Both the position numbers and the translations under genes were made by a program. This document shows positions 1 to 12,063 of a stretch of DNA of 64,000 nt, in pieces. Positions within the stretch are counted from its first letter, which is position 1; every line of letters starts with the position of its first letter. The notes below the pieces were generated by a model. The model was not told the origin of the DNA and did no database searches. It saw only the letters and a list, made by a program, of their open reading frames with translations. Source of the stretch: Cetorhinus maximus (Eukaryota); contig NC_135884.1 in NCBI RefSeq assembly GCF_964194155.1, positions 144,274,001 to 144,338,000 on the forward strand, given 5' to 3'.

Positions 1-970
1 CAAAATATGTCACAGACAAAAGGACAAAGAGGTGTTGAAAGTGATGATATTATCTAAGGAATGTGCAAATTAAGGGTAGAAAGCAGGACGAGCAAGGTAC
101 AGATAGCCCTAGTGGGGGTGGGGTGGGGTGAAGGAATCGAAAAAAGCAAAAAGGTAGAGATAAAACAATGGATGGAAATACATTTAAAAATAATGGAAAT
201 AGGTGGGAAAAGAAAAATCTATATAAATTATTAGAAAAAAAAAGAGGAGATCGGAAAGGGGGTGGGGATGGAGGAGAGAGTTCATGATCTAAAATTGTTG
301 AACTCAATATTCAGACCAGAAGGCTGTAAAGTGTCTAGTCGGAAGATGAGGTTCTGTTTCTCCAGTTTGCGTTGAGCTTCACTGGAACAATGCAGCAAGC
401 CATTTACAGGGCACTTTACAGTCTTCCAGACTGAATATTGAGTTCAACAATTTTAGGTCATGAACTCTCTCCTCCATCCCCACCCCCTTTCCGATCCCCC
501 CCTTTTTTTTCCAATAATTTATATAGATTTTTATTTTCCCACCTATTTCCATTGTTTTTAAATGTATTTCCATCCATTGTTTTATCTCTACCTTTTTGCC
601 TTTTTCGATTCCTTCACCCCACCCCACCCCCACTAGGGCTATCTGTACCTTGCTCGTCCTGCTTTCTACCCTTAATTTGCACATTCCTTAGATAATATCA
701 TCACTTTCAACACCTCTTTGTCCTTTTGTCTGTGACATCTTTTGTCTATCTCCACCTATCACTGGCCCTCTATCCAGCTCTACTTGTCCCCCCACCCCAC
801 CTTAAACCAGCTTATATTTCACCTCTTTTCTATTTTTCCTTAGTTCTGTTGAAGGGTCATTTGGACTCGAAACGTTAACTGTGTCCCTCTCCGCAGATGC
901 TGCCAGACCTGCTGAGTTTTTCCAGGTGTTTTTGTTTTGGATTTCCAGCATCCGCAGTTTTTTGCTTTTA
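1..970. mobile_element. Penelope-like element 3' region as a head-to-head inverted duplication (minus arm 1-~400 running off the window edge, plus arm ~409-970)
   Basis: 1-~335 is the reverse complement of ~410-745, giving near-identical ORFs 50..307(-) and 438..695(+). The arms encode the PLE GIY-YIG C-terminus (GTLQSSRLNIEFNNFRS*), followed on the plus arm by 3' UTR, hammerhead and tail. Confidence 0.85.
842..880 (+). ncRNA. Minimal type I hammerhead ribozyme motif (PLE-associated), A6U core variant
   Basis: agtt-CTGTTGA-a-gggtc(atttg)gactc-GAAACGTT-aact: stem I agtt/aact, stem II gggtc/gactc, palindromic stem III ACGT, putative GUU cleavage site. Confidence 0.75.
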
Positions 971-1676
971 TCACAGCAGAAGATTGTATTTGCTGTTAAG
1001 AATTGCTTTGTCGGGCAGAATTTTCTCACCGGCGTGCGGGGGGCGGGCCCCACACGCCAACACGTAAAATGACGCACGGTGACGTCAGGCGGGCGTCCCG
1101 ACGTCACCGTGTGCCATTGCGATATTTAGGTGGGCGTGTGCGCGATGATCTCCCATGCGCGCCCGCCGTTAATTAATGAGCCACTTAAGGCCCTTGAGGC
1201 AGCAATTGTCAGGGTTCTTTCAGGGCCCGTGCGATCTTCAGGTCGTCGCACGGGTGCAACGGGCAGGCGGACAGGCCACATTTATATAAACCTCATCCAC
1301 GGGCGGGATAGATGGGGCGAGTGGGGTCGCGAGTGTTATTTGTCAGACATTTAATGCTTACAGTTACTGATACTTGCCTGTGTGAGCAGGAATACTTCAA
1401 AACTCTTCACAGCTGCTTGGACAGGAGTTAACAGCCTTCAGGTCAGGACGCCGGAGTAAACATCATTTCCGGGGCCTTGCTGGTTTCATGAAGTCTTCCC
1501 TTAGTCTGGAAATAGGAGTTGTGCTATCCACTGGATAGCTCTTGAGGAGGAGGGGAGGAGGCCAGGAGTCCACATTCAGCCTCCAGGGGAGCCACTTTTG
1601 GGAGGAGAGGCATAGGCACAAGGGGTGCAGGGCCAACAGGAAGTTCAAGGCGGAAGGGGCTGCTACCCTGCTGCCA

Positions 1677-2706
1677 ATGATATATAGGTGGCGAAGCAGC
1701 TACTTCAGTATGTCTGAGGTGCATTGCCGAAGGAGGCTCCATCTCTCAAGGGAGACAATCACCTCCATCTATCAGATGATAGGCCCTCAGATCTGTGCCA
1801 ATTGTGTGGGTGCAATTGCAAATTTACAGCTGAGCCCTTTGTACAAGTTTTTAGCTTTCATGTAAGGCTGTGATTGCCTGTGTATGCTTTGGTGCCTTAA
1901 CTGCTGGTCCTGGCTAGCACTTTAAAATAAATCCAAATTTCCTGCATCTTCACAGGCGTACATTGACTTTCATCCACCACCGCTGGGATGAGGCCAGCTA
2001 GACAGAGCAAGACAGAGGCTTTGCAGCAATTGCTGGCTTCCCCCACGTCCAGGGTGCAATGGACTGCACACATGTGGCCATCAAGGTGTTAGCAGGTGAG
2101 CCCGGTGCCTTCGTCAACAGGAAGGGATTCCATTCCTTGAGCGTACCGATAGTGTGTGATCACAAGGTGCAGATCCTGCGAGTCTGTGTGAGGTACCCAG
2201 GCAGCTCCCATGACGCTTACATCCTCAGACACTCCCAGGTGCTGAGGCTCTTCAGTGCTCCAGCCCGGCTGGATGGTTGGCTGCTGGATGACAAGGGCTA
2301 TTCCCTCAGAAGGTGGCTCGTGACGCCTCTCCACCATCCAAGAACAGAAGCTGAGCAGCGGTACAATAGGAGCCAAGCCTCCACAGGTGCTGTGTTAGAG
2401 AGAACCATGGATCTTCTCAAGATGCGTTTCCAATGCCTGGACCAGTCAGGGGGCGCATTCCAATACCCTCCAGATCGTGTGTCACTGTGGTTGCATGCTG
2501 CGCTCTCCACAATCTGGCGCTGGAAAGGGGTGACGCAGTGGATGAGGAAGACGTGGACGCAGTTGCTCCCGATACACACGATGAGTCCAGTAGTGAGTCC
2601 GAGGATGAGCAGGCACAGGAACGCTGAGTGGGTAGACACTGACCCGGGCATACTCCAGGGAGGCAGGGACACCCGGGAGGCTTTAATCCAACGAACCTTC
2701 AGCTAG
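1677..2706 (+). pseudogene. Harbinger/HARBI1-like DDE transposase, disrupted
   Basis: Motifs YRWRSSYFSMSEVHCRRRLHLSRET, AGFPHVQGAMDCTHV, NRKGFHSL, YPGSSHDAYIL, WLLDDKGY, ERTMDLLKMRFQCL. VVACCALHN lies in another frame (frameshift near 2485), and there is a stop near 2000. Confidence 0.9.
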
Positions 2707-3032
2707 CCCACCACAGATGAACCTCCAACACAAGCGAGGGCTGCAGGCTCCATATTCGATACCTGAGTGAAAAATCTGCCTGGGTAGGAACATTAACTAA
2801 GGCCATTGTCAATAAAGCTTAATGTCAAACAACTCACTCATAACATCATGGGTTACCGTCCACCTGCAGAAGTAAAGAATCGCCCTGAGCCATGCTCATA
2901 TATCAAAATTTAATGATTTAACAAAATGAAGCACAAAAAAAAATAATTACAAAGGTGTTACGCATCACACTGAGTGGTCATGAACTAATAGCAGGACAAC
3001 ATAAAACTACCAGTGAGAAACCCGTGGTGTGC

Positions 3033-4030
3033 CTAAGGTGCCTTAAGTTTATGTTTGCGGATGTTACGTCTAGGTGCTTCCCCCTTGCTGGCATTGGCAT
3101 CTGAAACAGCCTGCTCACTGTGCAGTCCTGTTGGCCTCGATGGCCTTGGCGGGAGTCCTTTGGCCCGTGGAGCCTTTGATCGCCCCGCCTGGGAGGGAGC
3201 GGCCAGTTCCACAGCTGGCGTCTTCCCAGTTGCCGCAGCCTCATCGGATCCCACGATCACTGGCAGAGGGCGGAGGAGCTGCTCCCTCATCCAGAGCACC
3301 CTGAGAGGAGCCCGCAGAGTCTTAACCCTTATATGCTGCTGCGCCAACATGAGGTTGCTTCGGACCTCCCTGCTCGCCATTGATGCGTGGGCACCGGGAG
3401 CTGGGATACTTGGTGCCCAAACCATCTCCCACACTGGCGCTGACCAGCTGAGGTCAATGCCGCTGTGAGGGCTTGCAGGTTCGAGCGCAACCCCAGGAGG
3501 CCCTGATTGGTCTCCTGGAGGAGCCTCTCCACGAGAGTCGACACTCTCTCCATGGAGGAAGCATGCCGCTCGGCCATGAAGCTCATTGCATCGGTGATGT
3601 TCCGCATGGACTCCTCCAGCACGGGCACCATGCCATGCATAGCATCATGTATCTTGTCAGATCCTCCCGCATACCCTGCTGCACTTCCAGCATCTGCTGC
3701 CTCATGGACGACTCCAGAGGCATATCATCAGCCACCGACCGAACATGTGCCAGGTTCCCAGCAGTCCTCCGATTTCCAGCGCCATGGGCACTCTCTGTCT
3801 CTGCCTGCACCTCAAGCGAGTGCGAAGCGCCCTCACCACTGTGTCCCGGGACACTGGCCGATAATCTAATTCCAACCGAGGTGCTAGTATCTGTACTGGT
3901 GCCTGCCTGGCAAAGATGGTGTGATGCTGGTGAGTCCAGTTGTTCAGGGCCCTCAGGTGTGGGAGGTGGCCCCTCTGCCTCCTCCTCCCGGCCCTGCTCC
4001 GGTGATGCTGAAAGGTGGAACAAGGACATT
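3033..4030 (-). pseudogene. Harbinger second gene (partner of the Myb/SANT type), C-terminal part, frameshifted
   Basis: Overlapping minus-strand ORFs 3583..4086, 3329..3640 and 3033..3434 with coiled-coil-like and basic C-terminal segments, convergent on the transposase inside the TIRs. The Myb domain itself is not seen. Confidence 0.6.
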
Positions 4031-4948
4031 TGATTAGTTAAAGTGGAGACAATGTCAATGTGCATGCCTGTCCCCTGGATCAGCATGCGCTCATCCTTCC
4101 ATAATCAATGGTCAACCCATGTTGCAAGCTTCAATCACTGAGCATTCAGCAGTGCCATGGCTGCTGGGACACGCATGGTGACCTCAGTGCTCGGCAATCT
4201 TACCTCCCCGTGGCACCCCAGCCTCACCGCCATCGGTGAACCTTGGCGCATGGCGCCTCTCCCGATCCATTGCCTCCTGCTCATATCTGGTCGTGATGGC
4301 CATTGGACTTGGTGGTCATTGCACTCCCACCGCCGCCCGCCAACTCCTGCTATCCTCGGGAGCCACGCACCACACTGGGCAGGACTCAATTGGCCCGCCC
4401 GTATAAAATGGCGGCACGGAGCCAATCGCGGGTGGCAATCGGCTTCGAGCCCACTCCCGAACGGCCCGCCCGACGAGGAGAAAATTCTCCCCATGATTGC
4501 CTACTCGAGGTCAGCCTTTAATGGGTGATTTAAAGCCAGGCAGGAGCGTAAACATTTTTTAAAAAACTGTATTCAATAGGAAAGAAAGGAAATGAGAAAG
4601 GAGGCACTGACTCATTTTCCTCCCCCAATATATTCCCCCAGGTTTACCATTTTATCTCAGCAGAGGTCAATTTTCATTCCCGTTTTGAAACAATGGGAAC
4701 TTCAACGTTCCGCATTAATTTGCCTGTTGACCGCCCCCACAACCATGTACCTTTTCCAGCAATGCTAGATTCATGGATGAAATTGGCGTGATTGCCAGCC
4801 AACATGAACCAACCTTCCCTTCATACCAGGCATGTCGAAAATGTCCCGTACATAAACCACTACAGATTTTGTATGCCAGGAGATGAAATTTTGAATAAAT
4901 TGCTGAATGCTCTGTCATCTAAAAACTCCGAAACCAGTCTGAATTTAT

Positions 4949-5584
4949 GGGCAGGATTTTTCAGTTGATGTGTGGGGGGGAGGGGGCGACGCGTAAAATG
5001 ATGCGCGATGACTTTCGGGCGTGCGTCCCAACGTCATCGAGCAGTCCCGTGATGTTTCGTTCGGCGGGCACGTGCTGGAGCCAGCTGCGCGCCCGCCGAT
5101 ATGTAAACGGCCTATTGAGGCCAATAAGGAACTGATTAAAGTCATTAACAGTGCTGCCCGTCTAACCTTAAGATTGGTGGGCAGGCGAAAAGGCCAAGCG
5201 GCCTTCGCGTTTTTTAGGAAAATGCTATTTAGAAACATTCACGAGCAGGATGAGGTTTCCTAAAGCTTTTACTAATTTAAATTTAAAAATTTTTATAAAT
5301 ATGAAAATATTTTCATAAACATGCCCCATCTCATGTTTAAGTACATTTTTAAACCTTTCATTCATTCTTTACAATAGTGATTCAATCTCCCTGAGGCAGC
5401 TCCGTGCCTCAGGGAGAATGAAGCATCTTTCAGCGCTGGCCCCAACTCTCTCTCCTCCCCCCCACCTGCACAGGTAGTGCTCAGTGCTACCACCCGCGTA
5501 TTACGGTGGATGGGCCTTAATTGGCTCACCCGCGTAAAATGGCGGCGATCGGCACCGCGACTGCTCCCGCCGAGCATTCAGGCC
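4949..5584 (+). mobile_element. Harbinger-derived MITE
   Basis: Ends gggcaggatttt and attcaggcc. Subterminal blocks (cgtaaaatga..., aattggc..cccgcgtaaaatggcggc) are shared with 1013-4492 and 16539-17205. Confidence 0.85.
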
Positions 5585-5669
5585 AATATGTGCAAGAACT
5601 TATAGCAGATTATTTTAGGATTTTTTTTTGCAAACTGCAAATAAATTTAGCTTGCATATTTAGAGGGAG

Positions 5670-5785
5670 TCTTTTTTTTTATTCATTCATGGGATGTGGA
5701 TGTCACTGGCTAAGCCAGTATTTCTTACCCATCCCTAATTACCCTCATTCAGAGGGTATTTTTTTTTAAGAGCCAACCACATTGA
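5670..5785 (-). mobile_element. Short derivative joining the 3' tail and 5' UTR of the LINE family seen at 52100-54830
   Basis: The 3' tail (ttcattcatgggatgtg...cccatccctaatt) is directly followed by attcagaggg...taagagccaaccacattg, matching 54573-54607. Confidence 0.6.
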
Positions 5786-6027
5786 GCAAACACAACCCAT
5801 ACAGTTGATTCTGTCCTCTGTGAGGCTTAGTAATTAGTTGTGATGTCGCCAATATTCACTGCTTAAACTGAATGTTGAACAAGATAAAAAGAATAAAAAC
5901 TTAAGTTTCTTATAATTCTTCTAAATAGCATATTTCTTTAAATTAAATTGTCACTGCATTGTAGATTAACACCTTAGGTATAGAATGGCCAAATTTACTA
6001 GCAATTAAGCAGTAAGGCCCTGCTGAA

Positions 6028-6355
6028 TTTTTTTATTCTTTCACGGGGTGTGGGTGTTGCTGGCTATGCCAGCTTTTATTGCCCATCTCTAATTGTCCTT
6101 GAGAAGGTGGCGATGGTGAGCATCTACTTGAACTGCTGCAGTCCACGTGGTGTAGTTATGCCCACCATGCCTTGAGGGAGTGAGTTCCAGGATTTTGACC
6201 TAGCAACAATGAAGGAACGGCGATATATTTCCAAGTCAGGATGGTGTGTAGCTTGGAGGCAAACTTGCCGTGCATCTGCTGCCCTTGTCCTTCAAGCTGG
6301 TAGAGGCCAGAGATTTGGAAGGTGCTGTTGAAGGAGCCTTGGTGAGTCGCTGCAG
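6028..6355 (-). mobile_element. 3' end of APE-RT LINE family B
   Basis: Matches 27075-27410 and 23605-23845 (gcccatc..aattg.ccttgagaaggtgg, gaaggaacggcgatatatttccaagtcagg). Confidence 0.85.
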
Positions 6356-6989
6356 AGACCACTAAATTACTTACAGGGACCATGAAATTTAGTTGCTGGT
6401 GCTGGCACTACAGAAGCCCAAAACGCCAAAAATGTCAGCCGGAATGCTTCTGCCCACTGGTGACACAAACTGCGTGAGGTGTCCTGACTGTAATGGCTAA
6501 TTTGGGTGTGCGCCAGGAGCATGCCAAGTGGCCAAAATGTATCCAGCAGTATCTAACACAAATTTGGCACACAGCCTGCCATTTTGGACCCTGCAGGCCC
6601 TGTTAACGCCCTCTCTCAACCACTCCAAGTTGAGCATGTTCAGTTGCACGAGGGACACTTTTCTTTCCCCACCTCCCACCCCCCAACCGCCACCATCATT
6701 CAACACCACCACCTCCACTAACCCTTGTTAAAAGGAATCACTGTGGGACTTCCATGTAAGACGCCTTTGATTTTCTTTTGCTGCTGCATACTGAGTGATA
6801 CTATGTTGAATGTTGCTGAAGGAGTTTAAAAAACAGTTTGGGTTCACAAGGGAGTGGTGCTAGATTTTGACAAGGTGTTCAGAGGAGTTGGAAAGCCTGT
6901 CACGAGAAAGCTTGTTTCAGTGATAGGGCCTATGGTTTCAGTTTCTCTTGGAAGATTTAGAAATGGATCAGAGGTAGCAGACAGGGGAA

Positions 6990-8310
6990 GCTGTGCCCAG
7001 GGAGAGGAGGAGAAGAATGACTCTCAGTACGAGGTCCTACTTCTCCAACCTCCACTTCTGCCAGGAACAGTGTCTGAGGCAACTGCTTTTCGTTAACCAC
7101 ATGATAACTAAACTGTGTCACCTCCTACAGCTGGACCTGCACCCACAAAGCAGGGCGAGGGTGACACTGTCAGTTGCTGTGAAAACCAATGTCCCCCTCA
7201 ATTTCTACACCAGTGGGCCTTTACAGGTGAGAGCAGACGTCATAACATGTCACAGTTCTTTGTGCATCACTGCAACAGGGAGGTGACAGAGACCCTTTAC
7301 AGAAGGAGACGGGACTTTATCGTCTTTTCTCCTACTAGAGACAAGTAGGAGGAGTGAGCACGAGGCTTTGCCAATATAGTGGGATTCCCAATGATGCAGG
7401 GTGCGATCGACTGCACCTACGAGGCTCTTGTGGATCCTAAATATCAACAGGGAAATGTACTGTAATGGCAAGAGCTACCACTCCATGAGTGAGCAATTGG
7501 TGAGCAATCATGCCCGGACAATCTTGTCGGTGAATGCCCACCATCCAAACAGAAATCACAACGCACTCATAAAGTGACAGTCAGCTGTAGCCACTATCTT
7601 TAAACCATAACGAAGAAACAGAGGCTGGCTGTTGCATGATGAGATATCAGCTCTACATCTGGTTCATGACTCCCTTCCACAACAGCCTCAGTCAAAGCCG
7701 GCCCCATGATACAGAACATCTTCTCCTCTTAAGGGCTTAGGAGATGCAAGCATGCATGTCATCCACTCTGCTGCTCCCTGCAATTATGTGTGACCTTGCC
7801 CTGTAAGAGAAAGGGACGATGTCAGTGAGTGTGTCACAATGTATTTGGTGATGTGCCTACCATAGCTGAATAGCTGGAGGTATGTGGAAGCTGCAAGAGC
7901 TGGATATCAGGCTGGCAGCATTGGTAAATGCCTGAGGGTGAGATGGAGCATCTGAATGTTAGACATGAGTCCTAACTGCAAATGGGTGAGCAAAGGGCTG
8001 TTGTGCAGTGAGCAGCATGAGAGATTGATGGTGTTGGTGGGTAGGAGATGTTGTTTGAAGATTGACCTTGACCACCATGTGAAGTCATTGAACTTTTTCC
8101 AGCTCTGCAGCCAAATTCTTAGAGCCAGAGTAAGTGAATTTCTCTCCCTGGCCATCTGCTTCCATTCCCTTCACAGCATGTGCCTGGACAACCTCCTGAC
8201 TCCCTGTGGAATCATGGCATCCCTCTTCCTTTCAGTCTTCATCACTAAGGTCCCCAGAGCTGCATCCGAGAATTTGAGAGCCTCTCTCTCTCTGCTGTGC
8301 TGCTCCATCA
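6990..8310. mobile_element. Old decayed Harbinger remnant (transposase on +, Myb/SANT gene on -)
   Basis: Plus strand: QEQCLRQL, VAVKTNVPLNFYTSGPLQ, GFPMMQGAIDCT (7382-7417), NGKSYHSM. Minus strand: FSDAALGTLV...RKRDAM and WLQSWKKFNDF. Confidence 0.75.
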
Positions 8311-9696
8311 CCCACTCCGCTTCCTTCCACCAAAATCTTCCTGACGCTGGTGCAGCACTGATGAGCGGGTAGCACCAGGCTTGCGTACTGCCTGCCTCAG
8401 CAGGAAAGGGTGGGGGGAGGGGGGTAATTGTGCAACTCAAACTCTGTATCCAATGTTGGGTCTAATCGAACTTTTCCTCCAGGGTGTTTTATGTGTAAAA
8501 TTAGCATTGTAGGTATGAGTAGGTGACTTGCTTGTTGTGGGCATACTGCATCTTGGAGTCAGATAAAGCAGGCTGAATTTCATGACTTCCCACACGTTAA
8601 TTTTTATTGGTTTCATTTGGGGTATGGAGGAACTTCTACACAAAAGAAGTGAGAGAACAGTGGCGAGTGAGACTTCTGCTAAATTTACAGGTGGCAAAGT
8701 AGGTTAGTCTGCCTCTCTAAAATATATTTCGTTTGTACCACTTTCTTCTAATGTGCCACACCCTGTTCCTGACTGATAGCCGTACATCCTGCCACCCCTC
8801 CCTCCCAACAACCCGCAACATGTTTGAACTGTGTGCCAACGGGCCTTCACCCCTTGAAGTAACTTTCCTTGCAATATCGCAAAGAAATAGTTGAAGATCA
8901 GTTCACCTGCTAACAGTTGCAAACCACTCTCAAAGACCTCTGATTCTGTCATATCAATTCTCCGTGAATTTATCCTTGACTTGACACTAACCCCAGACAG
9001 CATGACTGAGATCCAGAGCTGATCAGAACTGAAAACCTTGGCCCAAAAATGAACTGGTGGTATGCATTTCATTGCCTTTACAATGAAAGAAATGGTTCAC
9101 CTCCTCCGTGAATGCTGTTTACCACCAGGGAACAGAAGGCTCTTCCTCTAATGCCACAGTTCCCTGACTGAATCATAATTTCTATTTCTTTCCCTCTCAC
9201 TGCTTCCCATTTGCATTTAATTAGTTAATTGTATTTTCAATCAAAGTGTGGTCAAAATGTGGCAAGTTTCTTGGGAGTACTGAGGTTTTAATTTAAGAAA
9301 AAAATAATACCCTATGCATTTGTAGATTATACAGTTTTATAATATAAATTGCACTCACCCCCAGGGTAAAGGGTCTCCAGACAGAAAAACTGATTACAAA
9401 ACCATAACCCTTTGAGTACGAAGAATAATATTGCAGCTTGTTTATATACACAGATCCCTTGTGAGTGACAGCTTCAAAAATGGAGGCATGTCAGTGGGTA
9501 GAATGTTAGTGCTCCATTGAGCCCTTCCATGGAACAGTAGGTCCCCAGTTTACTGACTTCCTCCATGCTGTACGTTCCTTCTCTTGGTCAGATGGTTTTG
9601 GTGAGGGTAGCAGGGGAAAGGTAGTGTAGTCGTTTTTTTTAGCAATAGAATATTGGGAAAAAAACCTATCAGCAAATGGTTTCCAATTTTATAAAT

Positions 9697-10152
9697 AAAG
9701 AACCTGCATCTACATAGCGCCTTTCATGAGCACAAGTTGTTTCCAAGTGCCTTACATCTAATTAAATACTATTTAAGTGATATACTGCATCACTCTTATG
9801 ATGTCAGAAATGTGGCAGCCAGTTTGTGCACAGCAAGATCCCACACACAGCAATGTGATAATGACCTTGCACCTTGTTGTTGCTGGTTGAGGGATTAATA
9901 TTGGTCAGGACTCCACGAAATACTCCCCTGCTCTTCCTTGGAGAATGCCATTGCATCTTTGGTATCTACCTGACAGGGCAGACAGTGCCTCAGTTTAACA
10001 TTTCATACAAAAGATGGCATCTCCAACAGCGGGCACTCCCTCAGTACTGCAAGCAGGAGTGTCCGCCTAGATTTTGTACTCCAGTCCCTCGAGTGTGGCT
10101 TGAACCCACGACCTTCTGACTCAGAGGTGAGAGCGCTACCACTGAGCCATGG
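9697..10152 (-). mobile_element. tRNA-derived Deu-domain SINE (SacSINE1-like), full length
   Basis: Minus-strand head has an A box (tggctcagtgg) and B box (ggttcaagcc), then the central domain and a ...aaaggcgctatgtagatgcag tail. About 11 homologues occur in the window. Confidence 0.85.
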
Positions 10153-11148
10153 TTGATAATTAGCATGCAGAAATATCTACAGCCAAAAAGTCATGAAGTT
10201 TTGTATTTGTAAATATGTCAGAATCTGTTTAACCTGTGGCCGTCAGCATCATGGTACGGCTAGGGTTAGAGTATAATTTGTCATCGCAATTAATGACAGA
10301 TTGCTTACCAATTTAAATGATTGAACTGCGGCAGAAGAGTGCTAGTCTCTTCTCAGTTCTTCCCTTTTGGCTTGAGATTTTCAGAGGGCAGGGAGAAGAC
10401 GGGTGAAGGAATGAGTAGAGACATTTCAAAAGATGTTAATTTTGTAAAAACTAAGATGTCTATTGATGTCTTGTGGGCTTAGAGGAGTAGTTGGAACCTG
10501 GCTGCCTTTCTGTTTTGATGTAGTCTTTACTGCCTGTACTGCTAAAGGCCATGCTTTTATCATTCTGAGAACATTGCACCAAAGGAATTTAGAGAATGAT
10601 TCACGCCATCTAAAATCCCTTTTAAAAATGAAACCATTACGAAGAATTAGCGTTAATCTTAGGATTTCTTTCTGGCTATTGCTGCTTTTTTAAAATATTT
10701 TTTTTATTGCACAGTACATGTTGCACTGTGAAATCAGTGGGTGAAAGATCCAGGAGCAGCCGCTTTGTGGGAGTCCTGAAGCGACATTAAAAATAATTAT
10801 GCGTTTGTAAATATTAATTTGATTCCTTCAAATTGTCATGAAGCCCAGAAATTTAAGGTGTCCCAAATGAGTTGAATTCCATTATTATATTATGACATTT
10901 TAGGATTTTTACCAGTGCGTTTCAGGGTTGGATTCTGGGCTCCATCCAGTTTTCCATGACACTTGCAAATCACTGGCTTTGATCATCAGGCTCAGTAACT
11001 TCATTGAGACAGTTGCCTTGATGGTGTTGCCAGTACTGGTAATTTAAACAAATATATAGATAAATGTTAAATGATGTTAATATGTTTTACAATTTTGTTG
11101 TTCTACTTTATGAAGGTGTATGTCCTCCTCGTATTTACTCTTATCCAA

Positions 11149-11866
11149 GGCCAGGATGTTTCGGGTGGTGGGTTTTCCTGTCCCACCATCTGAAAAGTCA
11201 GCGAGAACGTATCCTCGCCAAAACAGCCTGCTCCGTAGCCATTTCAGGCTCGAATGAGCGTTAATTGGCTGCAGGCGGGACTCACACACACCTCCCAATC
11301 TGATTGGCCGACAGCTCTCTAGTCCCTGCAGTGATCAAAACTGCAGTGGACAGGAGTGGAGTTTACGAAGTCCACAGAGCTTAAGTCCCAGGAGTGGACG
11401 AAATGGTGAATTTTCGGGGTCTCAGGGCGGGGAGGGCAGGGAAGGCCTGGGGGGTGCATAGTGGGGCATTGGGTTGTCAGGGGAGAGGTTGGAGGTGGGG
11501 TTGGGTTAGGAGGGGTCCAGTGTCCACTGGACCTTAAGGGGTGCCCGAGGTTAGAAGGGGGTTTCTGATTGAGGTGACCCCCCCCCCACTTGCCACCTGA
11601 GGCTTAAAGCTGATTATTTTTGGGCTTCCCCCACACCTGAATAATCCAACCTAAAAATTGAGGCTGGGTGGGGAACGGTCCTTAAGTGGTCAATAATTGG
11701 CTACTTAAGGGCCTCAACTGAGGTAAGAATGGGTGCCCCATCTGAGGCCTCGCCAGCCCCAACACAAAATCACAGAGGTCAGGGTGGGCGGGAACCCAGT
11801 GGGAACCCCATTCATGCTACCATCCCACTTAAAAACCTGCTGGCAGGGGAACGTGAAATTCAGGCC
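11149..11866. mobile_element. Harbinger-type MITE with 3-bp TSD CAA
   Basis: caa|ggccaggatgttt ... gaaattcaggcc|caa; internal cttaagtgg..aataattgg..acttaaggg motif as in the other Harbinger subtermini. Confidence 0.7.
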
Positions 11867-11886
11867 CAAGTCTTTCTTTAAGTTAA

Positions 11887-12063
11887 TAAAAGCAAAATAC
11901 CATTGAGATCTGAAATAAAAACAGAAAGTGCTGGAAATGCTCAGTCTGGCAGCATCTGTGGAGAAAGAAAAAACAGTTAACATTTCAAATCCAATATGAC
12001 TCTTCTTCGGAACTGAGGAGAGGTTCACAGCTGAGTTTTTCCGGCACTACTTGTTTTTATTTC
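11887..12063. mobile_element. PLE terminal mini-palindrome with degenerate hammerhead on - (11974-12015)
   Basis: Long minus arm (taaaagcaaaatac...gctggaaatgctcag) and short plus arm (gctgagtttttccggcac). The minus strand reads cagtt-CCGAAGA-agagtc..gattt-GAAATGTT-aactg. Confidence 0.75.

Larger units (their letters stand above)
1013..4492 (+). mobile_element. PIF/Harbinger DNA transposon, two-gene architecture, defective
   Basis: TIRs gggcagaattttctc (1013) and gagaaaattctcccc (ends 4492), GC-rich subterminal regions, DDE transposase on + and convergent second-gene remnants on -. Confidence 0.9.

Noticed and set aside
50-695. Twin 85-aa hydrophobic ORFs suggesting a duplicated membrane peptide
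   Set aside because: They are translations of the pyrimidine-rich PLE 3' UTR in the two inverted arms.
2059-2706. Domesticated HARBI1 host gene
   Set aside because: It sits between TIRs, has a stop and a frameshift, and lacks the HTH region, so it is a dead transposon copy.
10080-10152. tRNA gene
   Set aside because: The A and B boxes are the head of a SINE, continuous with the SINE body; no acceptor stem is evident.
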